Source: Longimicrobiales bacterium
GTDB lineage: Bacteria; Gemmatimonadota; Gemmatimonadetes; Longimicrobiales; Gaopeijiaceae
DNA length: 64,000 bases
NCBI GenBank assembly: GCA_965213665.1
Contig: CBDBZW010000002.1
Span: 48,064-112,063 of the forward strand
Direction of reading: 5' to 3'
Numbering within the stretch: the stretch's first letter is position 1; every line of letters starts with the position of its first letter. The notes under the pieces are model-generated. The model had not been told where the DNA came from, ran no database searches, and saw only the letters and a program-made list of their open reading frames with translations. The translations under genes and the position numbers were made by a program. Of the stretch, positions 17,280 to 26,770 are shown piece after piece.

Positions 17280-18578
17280 ATGACGGGGACGCTGAGCCGT
17301 CGCGCCCTGGTGCGTTCCGGGGTGGCATCGATGCTGGCCGCGCCGTGGGCGGAGCGGTGGGGAGCGCTGGCCGTGCCGGGGTGGGGCGGGGGGCGGGGGG
17401 CGCAGGAAGAGCCGATCGTGCTGGGCACCTCGGCGGCATTCTCGGGTCCGTCGCGCGCCCTGGGAACCGAGCTCTACCGCGGCGCCTGGGCCTACTTCAG
17501 TCATCTGAACCAGAGCGGGGGCGTCCATGGCCGCCCGATTGCGCTGCGCCTCTACGACGACGGATACCAGCCCGATCCCTGCGTCGAAAACACGATCCGT
17601 CTGATTCGCGATCCGGCCGTCTTCCTCCTCTTCGGCTATGTCGGTACCTCGACCGTAACCCGCGTCATGCCGCTCCTCAAGAAGTTCCGCGACGAGCGCG
17701 TCTATCTCTTCTTCCCCTTTACCGGCGCCGAACCCCAGCGCGAGCCTCCCTACGGCGAGTTCGCCTTCAATCTGCGTGCTTCCTACCGCCAGGAAACCGC
17801 CGGACTGGTGGATAATTTCATGCGAATCGGGCGGCGACGAATTGCGGTCTTCTACCAGAGCGACGCCTACGGCCGCAGCGGCTGGGCGGGTGTGCGCGAG
17901 GCGCTGGCAAGGCATGGGGAAACGATGGCGGGGGAAGCGACCTACAGCCGGGGAACACGCTTCAGCGCCAGCATGCGCGGACAGGTCGAAATCCTGAGTT
18001 CGCTTCAAGCCGACGCGGTCATCTGCGTCGGGGCCTATGCGGCCTGCGCGGCCTTCGCGCGCGATGCGGTCGATCTGGGGCTGCACATTCCGGTCGCCAA
18101 CGTCTCCTTTGTGGGAAGCGAAAACCTCCTGGGACTGCTGCAACAGGGAAGGGAGGATCCGAACTCGCATACGCGCTTTCTGGTCAACTCGCAGGTCGTT
18201 CCCAGCTACGAGGACACCTCACTGGCCGGTGTGCGCGAGTACCGCGAACTCATGGCCAGACACGATCCCTTTCCCCCCGAAAATGTGGAGCGACTCAACC
18301 CGGGCGAACCCTACGAGCCCCTTGCGCAGAGCTTCGTGAGTCTGGAGGGATTTCTGAATGCCAAGCTGATCGCCGAAGTCATCCGCCGCATGGGCGACGC
18401 GCCTTCGCGGTCGGGGCTGGAGGAGGCGATCTTTGCGGTGCGCAACTACGACATTGGCGTTGGCGAGATGGTTTCCTTCGGACCGAACCGCCGCCAGGGA
18501 ATGCAGCGCGTCCATTACACTGTCGTGGAGGGGAATCGCTTCGTTCCGCTCGGCGACTGGGGCGCGCGCTTCGGCTGA
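17280..18578 (+). CDS. Periplasmic substrate-binding protein, type I (LivJ / Peripla_BP_6-like), with a Tat-like signal
   Basis: N-terminus MTGTLSRRALVRSGV..., then IVLGTSAAFSGPSRALGTELYRGA...LRLYDDGYQPD, typical of branched-chain amino-acid/amide-binding SBPs. The ATG directly follows the upstream TGA. Confidence 0.7.
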   Translation: MTGTLSRRALVRSGVASMLAAPWAERWGALAVPGWGGGRGAQEEPIVLGTSAAFSGPSRALGTELYRGAWAYFSHLNQSGGVHGRPIALRLYDDGYQPDPCVENTIRLIRDPAVFLLFGYVGTSTVTRVMPLLKKFRDERVYLFFPFTGAEPQREPPYGEFAFNLRASYRQETAGLVDNFMRIGRRRIAVFYQSDAYGRSGWAGVREALARHGETMAGEATYSRGTRFSASMRGQVEILSSLQADAVICVGAYAACAAFARDAVDLGLHIPVANVSFVGSENLLGLLQQGREDPNSHTRFLVNSQVVPSYEDTSLAGVREYRELMARHDPFPPENVERLNPGEPYEPLAQSFVSLEGFLNAKLIAEVIRRMGDAPSRSGLEEAIFAVRNYDIGVGEMVSFGPNRRQGMQRVHYTVVEGNRFVPLGDWGARFG

Positions 18579-18600
18579 TGCAGAGAGCGAAGGAGTTGAA

Positions 18601-19332
18601 ATGAGCAGAGTTCGGGTCCACAGACTGTTTCGCAAGACGCGCTTCTTCTTCTTTGTGCTCTTCGGGCTGATGATGCTGTCGGTCTCGCTGCTTTCGATCG
18701 TGAGCGTGTCGCGCGAACTCTCCGACGAATACGAGAGCAACAGCCGCGCCATCGCCGAGAATATCGCCAACTCGAGCGTTGACATTCTGCTCAACCGCAA
18801 CCTGGCTACCCTGCAATCGCTGATCGACCAGTTTGCCGAGGTGCAGAGCATTCGCTACATCTACATCACCAGCGACACCGGCGAATACCTTGCGCATACC
18901 TTCGTTCCCGGCATTCCGGACGAAATCCTGGCGAGCGATCCCTTCGCAACCGAGACCGTGCAGCGCAGCCTTCCGGGGTTGGGCGACTTTATTGAGGTGG
19001 GCAGTCCGATTCTGTCGGGGGCGGCGGGCACCGTTCATGTAGGAATGGACCTGGAGCTGCTCGGGCTCAAGATTCAGCGCGCGATCGGGCAGCAGTTGGC
19101 GCTCCTGGGGATTATCTTTGTGATCGGCAGCCTCCTGACCTTCTGGTTCGTGAAACTGGCGTCGCGGCCGCTTGCGGACCTGCTTGTCTTTGCGGTGAAG
19201 GTGGCCGGGGGCAGGGAAGTCAGCGAAGATGACCCGGTTGTGGTTCGCGACGACGAGGCCGGCGAGCTGGCGCGTCTCTTTCTGCATGCGGCGCGGCGTT
19301 CGGCCGGTGCCGGTGGGGATTCCCGCAAATGA
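18601..19332 (+). CDS. Membrane sensor-like protein: TM, periplasmic (Cache-like?) domain, TM, HAMP; no output domain
   Basis: ATG at 18601 is preceded by GAAGGAG. TM1 is FFFFVLFGLMMLSVSLLSIV, followed by roughly 150 periplasmic residues, TM2 LALLGIIFVIGSLLTFWFV, then the HAMP-like RPLADLL...DEAGELARLF. The protein ends 20 aa later. Confidence 0.6.
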   Translation: MSRVRVHRLFRKTRFFFFVLFGLMMLSVSLLSIVSVSRELSDEYESNSRAIAENIANSSVDILLNRNLATLQSLIDQFAEVQSIRYIYITSDTGEYLAHTFVPGIPDEILASDPFATETVQRSLPGLGDFIEVGSPILSGAAGTVHVGMDLELLGLKIQRAIGQQLALLGIIFVIGSLLTFWFVKLASRPLADLLVFAVKVAGGREVSEDDPVVVRDDEAGELARLFLHAARRSAGAGGDSRK

Positions 19333-20735
19333 CCGCCTCGCGCGCGCGTCTCTCGGGAATGATTGTGGGGGCCTGTTGCACCTTCCTGCAGATGTGCCTG
19401 GGCACGGTCTACGCCTGGAGCTTTTTTCAGACCATGCTTGCGCGCCAGTACGGCTGGAACCACACGCAGACGGTCCTTTCCTTCAGCCTGGCGATCTTCT
19501 TCCTGGGCATTTCGGCCGGCTTTGCGGGCCAGATGCTGCCGCGCGTCGGTCCGCGGCGGCTTGCGCTTGCCGGCAGCGTGCTCTTTTCGGCCGGTTTTGT
19601 GATTGCGGCGCTTGCCTTGCAGCTCGGCTACATCCCCCTATTCTACCTTGGCTACGGCGTGATCGGCGGGATCGGAATCGGGCTGGGGTACGTGACTCCG
19701 GTGGTGACTGTGGCGAAGTGGTTTCCGCGGACGCGCGGCCTGGCCACCGGCATTGTGGTGATGGGATTCGGTGTGGGCGCGCTCCTGCTGAGCAAGGTCC
19801 TGGCGCCCTTTCTGGTTGCGCGTGCCGAGGGCGATCTGGCCATGGTGTTCATGTGGCTGGGGCTGGTCTTTGCGGTCACGCTGATTCCGTGCAGCCTGGT
19901 GTTGCGCAACCCGGTCCCGGGGGAGCTTCGCGCATTGAGTGACAGGGCCTTGAGTGGCAAGGCGTTGGGGGACAAGGCATCAGGGAGCGGGAAGCCGGGG
20001 CGAAAAACGGCAACGGCGGGTGCAGCGTCTCCAAGACCGGTCGGCGTCGGGGGCAGGTCGGCGCCCGTTGGGGAATCGGCCCGCCCGTACCTGTTGAGCG
20101 GTCGCTTTGCGGTCATGTGGATTGTCTTTTTCTTCAATATCGCGGCGGGCATTTCGGTGATCAGCTTTCAATCGGAGCTGCTGCAGGAGGTCTGGGGACA
20201 GTCCGATTCCTCGCTGGACCCGGTGGTGCTGGCCGAATACGGCGCCACCCTGATCGCCGTCAGCTCAATCTTCAATGGCCTGGGGCGCATCTTCTGGGCC
20301 TGGCTCTCCGACCGCTTCGGCCGCGTGGTGATCTTCCGCATCCTTCTCGCCAGCCAGATGATCGTCTTCGGCGTCCTCATGTCCGAAACCAATCCCTGGG
20401 TCTTCTCGGCGCTCGTCTGTTACGTTCTGTTGTGCTTCGGAGGCGGCTTCGCGACCATGCCCTCCTTTGTGCTGGATGTCTTCGGCTCGGTCAGGATGTC
20501 GCGCGTCTACGGCGCCATCCTCACGGCCTGGGCCGCCGCCGGCATCTGCGGCCCCCTCTTCGTGGGCTACCTCAAGGACGTCTACCCCGACCGCGCGGTC
20601 ATGTACTGCTTCCTCATCGGCATCGTGATGCTCGGCGCGGGCTACGTGTTCTCGTTCCTGCTCGACGACGCGCGCATGCGGCTGGGGAGGCCGACCTTGC
20701 GGCAGACGCTGAAGCGGTATGGGGTGGCGGGGTAG
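19329..20735 (+). CDS. MFS transporter, oxalate/formate antiporter (OFA) family-like
   Basis: N-terminal FLQMCLGTVYAWSFFQ motif and 12-TM layout, with a long Gly/Ser/Pro-rich central loop. The start overlaps the upstream stop (ATGA). Confidence 0.7.
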   Translation: MTASRARLSGMIVGACCTFLQMCLGTVYAWSFFQTMLARQYGWNHTQTVLSFSLAIFFLGISAGFAGQMLPRVGPRRLALAGSVLFSAGFVIAALALQLGYIPLFYLGYGVIGGIGIGLGYVTPVVTVAKWFPRTRGLATGIVVMGFGVGALLLSKVLAPFLVARAEGDLAMVFMWLGLVFAVTLIPCSLVLRNPVPGELRALSDRALSGKALGDKASGSGKPGRKTATAGAASPRPVGVGGRSAPVGESARPYLLSGRFAVMWIVFFFNIAAGISVISFQSELLQEVWGQSDSSLDPVVLAEYGATLIAVSSIFNGLGRIFWAWLSDRFGRVVIFRILLASQMIVFGVLMSETNPWVFSALVCYVLLCFGGGFATMPSFVLDVFGSVRMSRVYGAILTAWAAAGICGPLFVGYLKDVYPDRAVMYCFLIGIVMLGAGYVFSFLLDDARMRLGRPTLRQTLKRYGVAG

Positions 20736-20910
20736 GCCCAGCGATGTCGCCCAACCTTGCACGATTCCCGGCTTGTACTCATCCTGGATGCCGGAAAGAT
20801 CGGATCCTTCATCTGGATTGCTGATTTCCCGCCGTGATCCTGCCGGCGAAGTTCGCAGGATCGATTGCTGCTACCGAGGGAGACCGATCTACGCCTTCGA
20901 GCGCGTGCCG

Positions 20911-22161
20911 TCAGGAGACCTCCTCCACCCGGTGGCCCAGCTCCCGCAACCCGGCCACGATTGCCGCCACATGGTCGCGGCCGCGCGATTCGATCTTCAT
21001 CTCGATGCCCACCTTCCCCACCGCGATGTCGCCGAATGCGCGGGTATGCTCGATGTGGAGCACGTTGGCACCCTCGATTGCGACCACGGCGGTTACCTCG
21101 TTGAGGTAGCCGGGGCGGTCGCGCACGACAACGGACAAGCTTGCCAGACGGCCGTCGGCCCAGAGCCCCCGGTCGATGATGCGCGACACGATGTTCATGT
21201 CGATGTTGCCGCCGGAGAGGACGCACACGACGCGCTCGCCCGCGCGGATCGGCAACCGGCCTTCGAGCAGAGCGGCCACGCCCACCGCCCCCGCTCCCTC
21301 CACCACCAGCTTTTCGCGCTCCAGCAGGAAGAAGATTGCGCGGATGATCTCGTCTTCGTCCACCACCACCACGTCGTCCACCAGCGCCTGGATGTGGGGA
21401 AGGGTGAGCCGCCCGACCTGCTTGACCGCAATACCATCGGCCAGGGTGTCGGAGAGTTCGACATGCACCGGCCGCCCCGCCTCCAGCGAACGCACCGTAC
21501 CGGGTGCCGCCGCGGCCTCAACCCCGTAGATCCTCACGCCGGGACGCACGGCCTTCACCGCCGTTGCGATTCCCGAGATCATTCCCCCGCCGCCGATGGG
21601 AACCACAATCGCGTCCACATCCGGGATCTGTTCGGCAATCTCCAGCCCCATCGTCCCCTGCCCGGCCATCACCGCGCGGTCGTCGAAGGCGTGCACAAGG
21701 GTGAGCCCCTCCTCGCGGGCCAGTCGTTCCACCAACGCCATCCCGTCCGAGAGCGTTTCGCCTCGCTGAATGACCCTCGCCCCGCTTGCCTGCGTGTTGC
21801 TGACCTTGATCAGCGGCGCGGTGTCGGGCATGACAATTGTGCAGGGGATGTGCAGCCGCGCGGCGTGCCGGGCCAGAGCTTGTGCATGATTACCGGCGCT
21901 CGCGGCCACAACTCCCGTGCGACGCTGGTCGGGACCGAGCAACATCAGCCGGTTGAGTGAACCGCGGTCCTTGAAGGAGCCGGTGCGCTGGCGGAATTCG
22001 GCCTTGAGAAAGATGCGGCAGCCGGCCGTCTCGCCGATCGCGAAGGACTCCGGGCAGCCGGTGCGCACCACATGACGGGCGATTCGTTCGCGCGCGGTGG
22101 CCACCTCGCCAGGAGAAAGCAGGGGACCGGACCTTGACCCGTTTCCGCTCGTGCCGGTCAT
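20911..22161 (-). CDS. ilvA: Threonine ammonia-lyase (threonine dehydratase) with a single C-terminal ACT-like domain
   Basis: PLP-lysine motif GSFKDRGSLN, SAGNHAQ, and glycine loop PIGGGGMISG. Confidence 0.8.
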   Translation of the reverse strand: MTGTSGNGSRSGPLLSPGEVATARERIARHVVRTGCPESFAIGETAGCRIFLKAEFRQRTGSFKDRGSLNRLMLLGPDQRRTGVVAASAGNHAQALARHAARLHIPCTIVMPDTAPLIKVSNTQASGARVIQRGETLSDGMALVERLAREEGLTLVHAFDDRAVMAGQGTMGLEIAEQIPDVDAIVVPIGGGGMISGIATAVKAVRPGVRIYGVEAAAAPGTVRSLEAGRPVHVELSDTLADGIAVKQVGRLTLPHIQALVDDVVVVDEDEIIRAIFFLLEREKLVVEGAGAVGVAALLEGRLPIRAGERVVCVLSGGNIDMNIVSRIIDRGLWADGRLASLSVVVRDRPGYLNEVTAVVAIEGANVLHIEHTRAFGDIAVGKVGIEMKIESRGRDHVAAIVAGLRELGHRVEEVS

Positions 22162-22297
22162 TCGCGCACTCTCATTGCATTGCCGGCCAAGGGTTTGCCG
22201 GCCCGAGAGAGCACCTGCAGCGCGAATCGTGGCAAGAAGTCACGCACCCTGGTCGAGGCTCGGATGCGCAGCGCTGGCATGGCAAGGCCCGGCGGCG

Positions 22298-23134
22298 TCA
22301 GCCGAAGGTGCGGCGCAGTACGGATTCGTAGGCCCGGTCGCCGAACCACTTGCGGATGAACATCAGCGGACGGGCCGTCGCACCCTTGACGTACCGCCGC
22401 CGCGGCCGGGCGGTGGTTGCCGCCTCGACGAACACCCGGGCGAGCACCTTGGCGTCGGTCCCGCGGCTCGCGGCCCCGGGATCGGACATCATCGTGAAGA
22501 ACCGGTCCAGCCCGGACTTGTAGGCGCTGTCGCCATAGTACTTCTGAAGGCTCCCTCCCACGACATGGCCGAACTCGGTCTGGATGAGGCCGGGTTGGAT
22601 GAGGACAACCTGGATGTTGAACGGCGCGGTCTCGATGCGGAGGCAGTCCGACCAGCCTTCGAGCGCGTGCTTGGTCGCGTGGTACCAGGCCCCAAAGGGG
22701 GTGAAGATCCGGCCGCCCATCGAGGAGGTGTTGACGATCCGGCCCGCGCCCTGCGACCTCATGTGCGGCAGGACGAGTTGGGTGAGGTGGGCGAGGCCGA
22801 ACAGGTTCACCTCGAACTGGTACCGTGCGTCTTCGAGCGGGATGTCCTCGACCGGGCCGTAGAGGCCGAAGCCCGCGTTGTTGATCAGAACGTCGATGCG
22901 TCCCTCGGCGTCGACGATCCGGCGCACGGCCTGCTCGTTGTCCCCGCTCTTCGAGACATCCATCTCGACCGGAGTGATGCCGTGTTCGGACAGGTCCTGC
23001 ATGCGGTCCGCCCGGCGTGCGCCGGCGTAGACGGTGTGGCCCCCGCTCGCCAGGAGGATTGCCGCCTCCCGGCCCATGCCGGAAGAAGCTCCTGTTATCA
23101 GTATGACCTTGCCCAAGGCGCTATTCCTCTTCAT
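22298..23134 (-). CDS. Short-chain dehydrogenase/reductase (SDR)
   Basis: KVILITGASSGMG cofactor motif, NNAG, and catalytic YHATKHA. Confidence 0.8.
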   Translation of the reverse strand: MKRNSALGKVILITGASSGMGREAAILLASGGHTVYAGARRADRMQDLSEHGITPVEMDVSKSGDNEQAVRRIVDAEGRIDVLINNAGFGLYGPVEDIPLEDARYQFEVNLFGLAHLTQLVLPHMRSQGAGRIVNTSSMGGRIFTPFGAWYHATKHALEGWSDCLRIETAPFNIQVVLIQPGLIQTEFGHVVGGSLQKYYGDSAYKSGLDRFFTMMSDPGAASRGTDAKVLARVFVEAATTARPRRRYVKGATARPLMFIRKWFGDRAYESVLRRTFG

Positions 23135-23241
23135 TGGTGTTGCCCGCAAAATGTCCCAATCTAATGGCGACCGACCCGGGGTGGCATCCCAACGGGGGCG
23201 ATTGCCAAGCCGGTCCAGGGGCCGCAGTCTCGCTCGCGCCG

Positions 23242-23385
23242 CAGCGCTTTGAAAGTGGTGAGACGGTTCCCTTGGCGCAGGCCAGTCTCGCGGGAGCGGA
23301 CCGTGCGACGCTCTTCTTCCAACTGGTCAACAACCGGCACGGGCGCGCATCGACGGTGCTGACCTCGCACAGGCGGCACCGTTGG
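23242..23385 (+). pseudogene. Possible remnant of an IS21-family IstB-like helper ATPase (C-terminal fragment only)
   Basis: The translated stretch ...PLAQASLAGADRATLFFQLVNNRHGRASTVLTSHRRHRWPP resembles the IstB segment ...A.LLF.LI..RYE..S.I.T.N..F.EW. There is no start and no Walker motifs. It lies in the SDR/sucA intergenic gap. Confidence 0.25.
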
Positions 23386-23394
23386 CCGCCACCG

Positions 23395-26247
23395 TCACTC
23401 CTCCAGCGCCTTCGTCAGGATCTGCCGCTGCGTCTGGACATGGTTGCGCGGATTGCCCTCGGCCGGACTGGCGCGTTCGGGACGCGACAGGTGCCGCAGC
23501 CGCACCGACGAGGGGAGGACGGAGCGCAGACGCGGAAGGATATAGGTGAGCGCGCCCATGTTCATCGGCTCTTCCTGCACCCAGGTGACGGTCTCGACGT
23601 TGCGGTAGCGGTCGCAGAGCGCGCGGATCTCGTCGCCGGGGAAGGGATAGAGCGTCTCGGTGCGGACAATCGCGGTTGCGGTTGCGGCCTTGCGCTCCGC
23701 CGCTGCGGCCAGGTCGTAGTAGATCTTGCCGCTGCACAGGATCAGGCGGCGAATCCGGCCCGTGTCCCCCGCGTCCTCCAGCTCGGGATCGTCCATCACG
23801 CTCTGAAAGGCGCCTTCCGCCAGCTCGCGCACCGACGACCGCGCCGCAGGCAGCCGCAGGAGACTCTTCGGGGTCATGACGATCAGCGGTCGTTCGGGTT
23901 CGCTCATCGCCTGCAGACGCAAGAGGTGAAAGTACTGCGCGGGGGTGGAGGGATAGACGACGCGCATGTTGTCTTCGGCGCAGAGTTGCAAGAAGCGTTC
24001 AAGGCGTGCGCTGGAGTGCTCCGGACCCTGGCCCTCGTAGCCGTGCGGCAGGAGCAGGGTGAGCCGCGAACGCTGTCCCCATTTGGACCAGCCGGCCGAC
24101 AGGAACTGGTCGATCATCACCTGGGCGACATTCACGAAATCGCCGAACTGCGCCTCCCAGAGGACCAGATCGCGATCCGACGCCACCGTGGTTCCGTACT
24201 CGAAGCCGATTGTGGCGGCCTCGGTCAGCGGCGAGTTGTGGACCTCGAGGCGCGTCTCGGCCAACTGCGCCAGAGGCGTCCAGCGATCTCCGTTCCGGGC
24301 GTCGTTGAGGACCAGGTGGCGGTGGCTGAAGGTTCCCCGTTCGCTGTCCTGGCCGGTCAGCCGCACCGGAATTCCGTCCAGCAGCAGCGAACCGATTCCG
24401 AGCGACTCGGCGTGTCCCCAATCCACGCGGGTCTCGGCGCCGAAGTCGCGTCCCCGTCCCTCCAATTGGCGAACCAGCTTGGGGTGGGCGGTGAACCCCT
24501 CGGGAATCGCGGTCAGCGCGGTGTTGATTCGGTTCAGCCGTTCGAAATCGACTCCGGTCTCGAGCCTGAAGTCCTGGCCGACCGCCGTGTGGCTGGGATC
24601 CGCCCAAGAGGGTCCGACCCGCTTCTCGCCCTGCGGCCGCTCGTCCTTCACGCCGCGCAGCTCCTTCGCCACCGCGCTCACCCGTTCGTCCACCTGCGTT
24701 GCCGTGACCAACCCGCGCGCAACCAGCTCCGCCGCCCACTGCATGCGCGCCGTCGGGTGGGTGGCGATCCACTGGTAGAGGACGGGCTGCGTGTATCCCG
24801 GTTCGTCGGCCTCGTTGTGGCCGTGGCGCCGGTATCCCATCAGGTCGATGACGGTGTCGCCCCGAAAGCGCTCCCGGTAGGCCATGGCCAGCCGCACCGC
24901 CGCCAGACAGGCCTCGGGGGCATCGCCGTTGGCGTGAATGACCGGAATGTCGTAGCCCTTGGCGAGATCGCTGGAGTAGCGCGTCGAGCGCCCGTCGTGG
25001 GGACCGGTGGTGAAGCCGACCTGGTTGTTGCCGATGATGTGAATCGTTCCCCCGACTTCGTACCCCCGCAGCCGCGCCAGGTTGAGCGTTTCCGCCACCA
25101 CGCCCTCGGCCGCGAAGGCGGCGTCGCCGTGAATCAGAATCGGAACGACGAGCGAGCGATCCCGCTTGACCGTGCCGTCCCCGGTCTCCACATGCTGGCG
25201 CGCGCGGGCCATTCCCAGAACGACCGGATTGACGTATTCGAGGTGGCTGGGGTTGGGCGCCAGACTGATCCGCACCGTATCGCCCGAACGCAGCGTGTAG
25301 TCGCTCGCGGCCCCGTGGTGATACTTGACGTCGCCGGTACCGGGATCGGGAACCCAGAGCGCGCTTCCCGGCGAGGCGCCTTCCTCGAATTCGGCCAGGA
25401 TCTCGGGGTAGGAAACGCCCAGAATGTGCGTCAGGACATTGAGCCGTCCGCGGTGCGCCATTCCAATCACGACCTCGGTCGCGCCCGCCGCCGCCGCCAG
25501 CTCGATCGCCTCGTCGAGCATCGGGACCAGCATGTCGATTCCCTCGATCGAGAAGCGCTTCTGCCCCAGGTAGGTGCGGTGCAGGAACTGCTCGAAGCCC
25601 TCCACGCGCGTGAGCCGGTCCAGTGTGCGCTCGCGGTCGTCGTCGGTGAAGTCGGCGAAGTGGGTGCCGCGCTCCACCTGCTCCCAGAGCCAGGCCACCT
25701 TGGCGGGGTCCTCCAGGTGCTCGAACTCGTAGCCGAGATCGCCGCTGTAGGTGGCCATGAGACGGTCGAAGGTCACCGCCACCGGAGCGTCGCCACCGCC
25801 CGGAATGAGAACCGAGGTGGGGATCTCCTCGAGCTCGGCCATGGTGGTGCCGAAGTAGGCCGGGTCGAGCTGCGGATGACCGGGAGGCTCGCTTCCCAGC
25901 GGATCGAGCCGCGCAGCCTGGTGGCCGTGTTCGCGGAATGCCTGCAGGAGATTGGCGGCCCGCGCGACCAGGGGGAGGAGGCGTTCGAGGGAGGCGGCCG
26001 CGGTGGTGTCGGGGGTGGGGGATGGGGGGGTGCCCGGAGAAAGGAGAAGGGGGGCGCCGTGGGCTGCGGTGGCGGCCGATTGGCCGTTGCGATCGGAAAC
26101 GATGAGGCCGGCGTCGGCGAGGGGGCCGGGACCGCTCTCGAAGAAATCCCGCCACTGGCGCGGCACCCCGTCCGGGTTGCGCCTGAAGTCTTCGTAGAGC
26201 GCCTGCACGTAGGCGGCGTTCAGGCTGTCGAAGTGGGAGCTGCTCAT
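23395..26247 (-). CDS. sucA: 2-oxoglutarate dehydrogenase E1 component
   Basis: N-terminus MSSSHFDSLNAAYVQALYEDFRRNPDGVP, ThDP-region IIGNNQVGFTT, and LLLPHGYEGQGPEHSSARLERFLQL. Confidence 0.9.
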   Translation of the reverse strand: MSSSHFDSLNAAYVQALYEDFRRNPDGVPRQWRDFFESGPGPLADAGLIVSDRNGQSAATAAHGAPLLLSPGTPPSPTPDTTAAASLERLLPLVARAANLLQAFREHGHQAARLDPLGSEPPGHPQLDPAYFGTTMAELEEIPTSVLIPGGGDAPVAVTFDRLMATYSGDLGYEFEHLEDPAKVAWLWEQVERGTHFADFTDDDRERTLDRLTRVEGFEQFLHRTYLGQKRFSIEGIDMLVPMLDEAIELAAAAGATEVVIGMAHRGRLNVLTHILGVSYPEILAEFEEGASPGSALWVPDPGTGDVKYHHGAASDYTLRSGDTVRISLAPNPSHLEYVNPVVLGMARARQHVETGDGTVKRDRSLVVPILIHGDAAFAAEGVVAETLNLARLRGYEVGGTIHIIGNNQVGFTTGPHDGRSTRYSSDLAKGYDIPVIHANGDAPEACLAAVRLAMAYRERFRGDTVIDLMGYRRHGHNEADEPGYTQPVLYQWIATHPTARMQWAAELVARGLVTATQVDERVSAVAKELRGVKDERPQGEKRVGPSWADPSHTAVGQDFRLETGVDFERLNRINTALTAIPEGFTAHPKLVRQLEGRGRDFGAETRVDWGHAESLGIGSLLLDGIPVRLTGQDSERGTFSHRHLVLNDARNGDRWTPLAQLAETRLEVHNSPLTEAATIGFEYGTTVASDRDLVLWEAQFGDFVNVAQVMIDQFLSAGWSKWGQRSRLTLLLPHGYEGQGPEHSSARLERFLQLCAEDNMRVVYPSTPAQYFHLLRLQAMSEPERPLIVMTPKSLLRLPAARSSVRELAEGAFQSVMDDPELEDAGDTGRIRRLILCSGKIYYDLAAAAERKAATATAIVRTETLYPFPGDEIRALCDRYRNVETVTWVQEEPMNMGALTYILPRLRSVLPSSVRLRHLSRPERASPAEGNPRNHVQTQRQILTKALEE

Positions 26248-26344
26248 GGTGGGCCAGTTCTCGGTCTGGGCGTTTTTCGGCACCTCGTTGCAGTCCAGCC
26301 ACGGGGTGTCCGGGTCGTAATCGCAAACGACCTCAACTTCCCCA

Positions 26345-26372
26345 ATTGTAGCGGTTCCGAAAATCGGCGCAA
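26345..26372 (-). promoter_or_regulatory. Candidate sigma70-type promoter for sucA
   Basis: On the minus strand, TTGCGC - 16 nt - TACAAT lies about 95 nt upstream of the sucA ATG. This rests on pattern match only. Confidence 0.3.
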
Positions 26373-26770
26373 AGCAGATCGCAAGGAAGGTGCCTTCGTT
26401 TTCTCATTTTCCGGTCTTCCTCTCCCGTTGGAGCATCCAGTCCTCTCCATTGGAGCATTCAGTATCCCGCGTACCCCTTGCGAACCGCATCGGTTCCCCG
26501 ACACGATACACCGTTTGCGGCGAGTGCACACGGAGCGGCCTCATGACGCCCGGGCGTTCATGGGAATGCCGATTCGCAGTCCGGGATCGGAACGACCGAG
26601 GACAGGATCCTGACGCAGCGCGGGCCCACACCCGAACCGAGCCCTCAACCCAAGGCAGCCGGATCATCACCATGACGCGTGTCGGCGGGGGTTTTCGGAT
26701 GACTGCGGGTGGGGGACTTGACGGAGAGATGCGCACGAATGGGATTTCCGCGTGTGGTGGTGGCTTGCGC

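Noticed and set aside
14949-18170. 1073-aa ORF on the minus strand
   Set aside because: It is antisense to qor, the M28 peptidase and the SBP gene, all of which have clear motifs. It is a low-complexity Arg/Pro/Ala-rich translation.
23134-26613. 1159-aa ORF on the plus strand
   Set aside because: It is entirely antisense to the well-supported sucA gene. The composition is Arg/Gly/Ala/Pro-rich with no motifs. This is the typical stop-codon-poor shadow ORF of a GC-rich genome.
26390-26770. N-terminal 127 aa of the listed 423-aa PgeF ORF
   Set aside because: PgeF/YfiH proteins are about 250 aa, and this region is an AT-richer non-coding-looking leader shared with the sucA promoter. Internal ATGs at 26672 or 26771 are more plausible starts.
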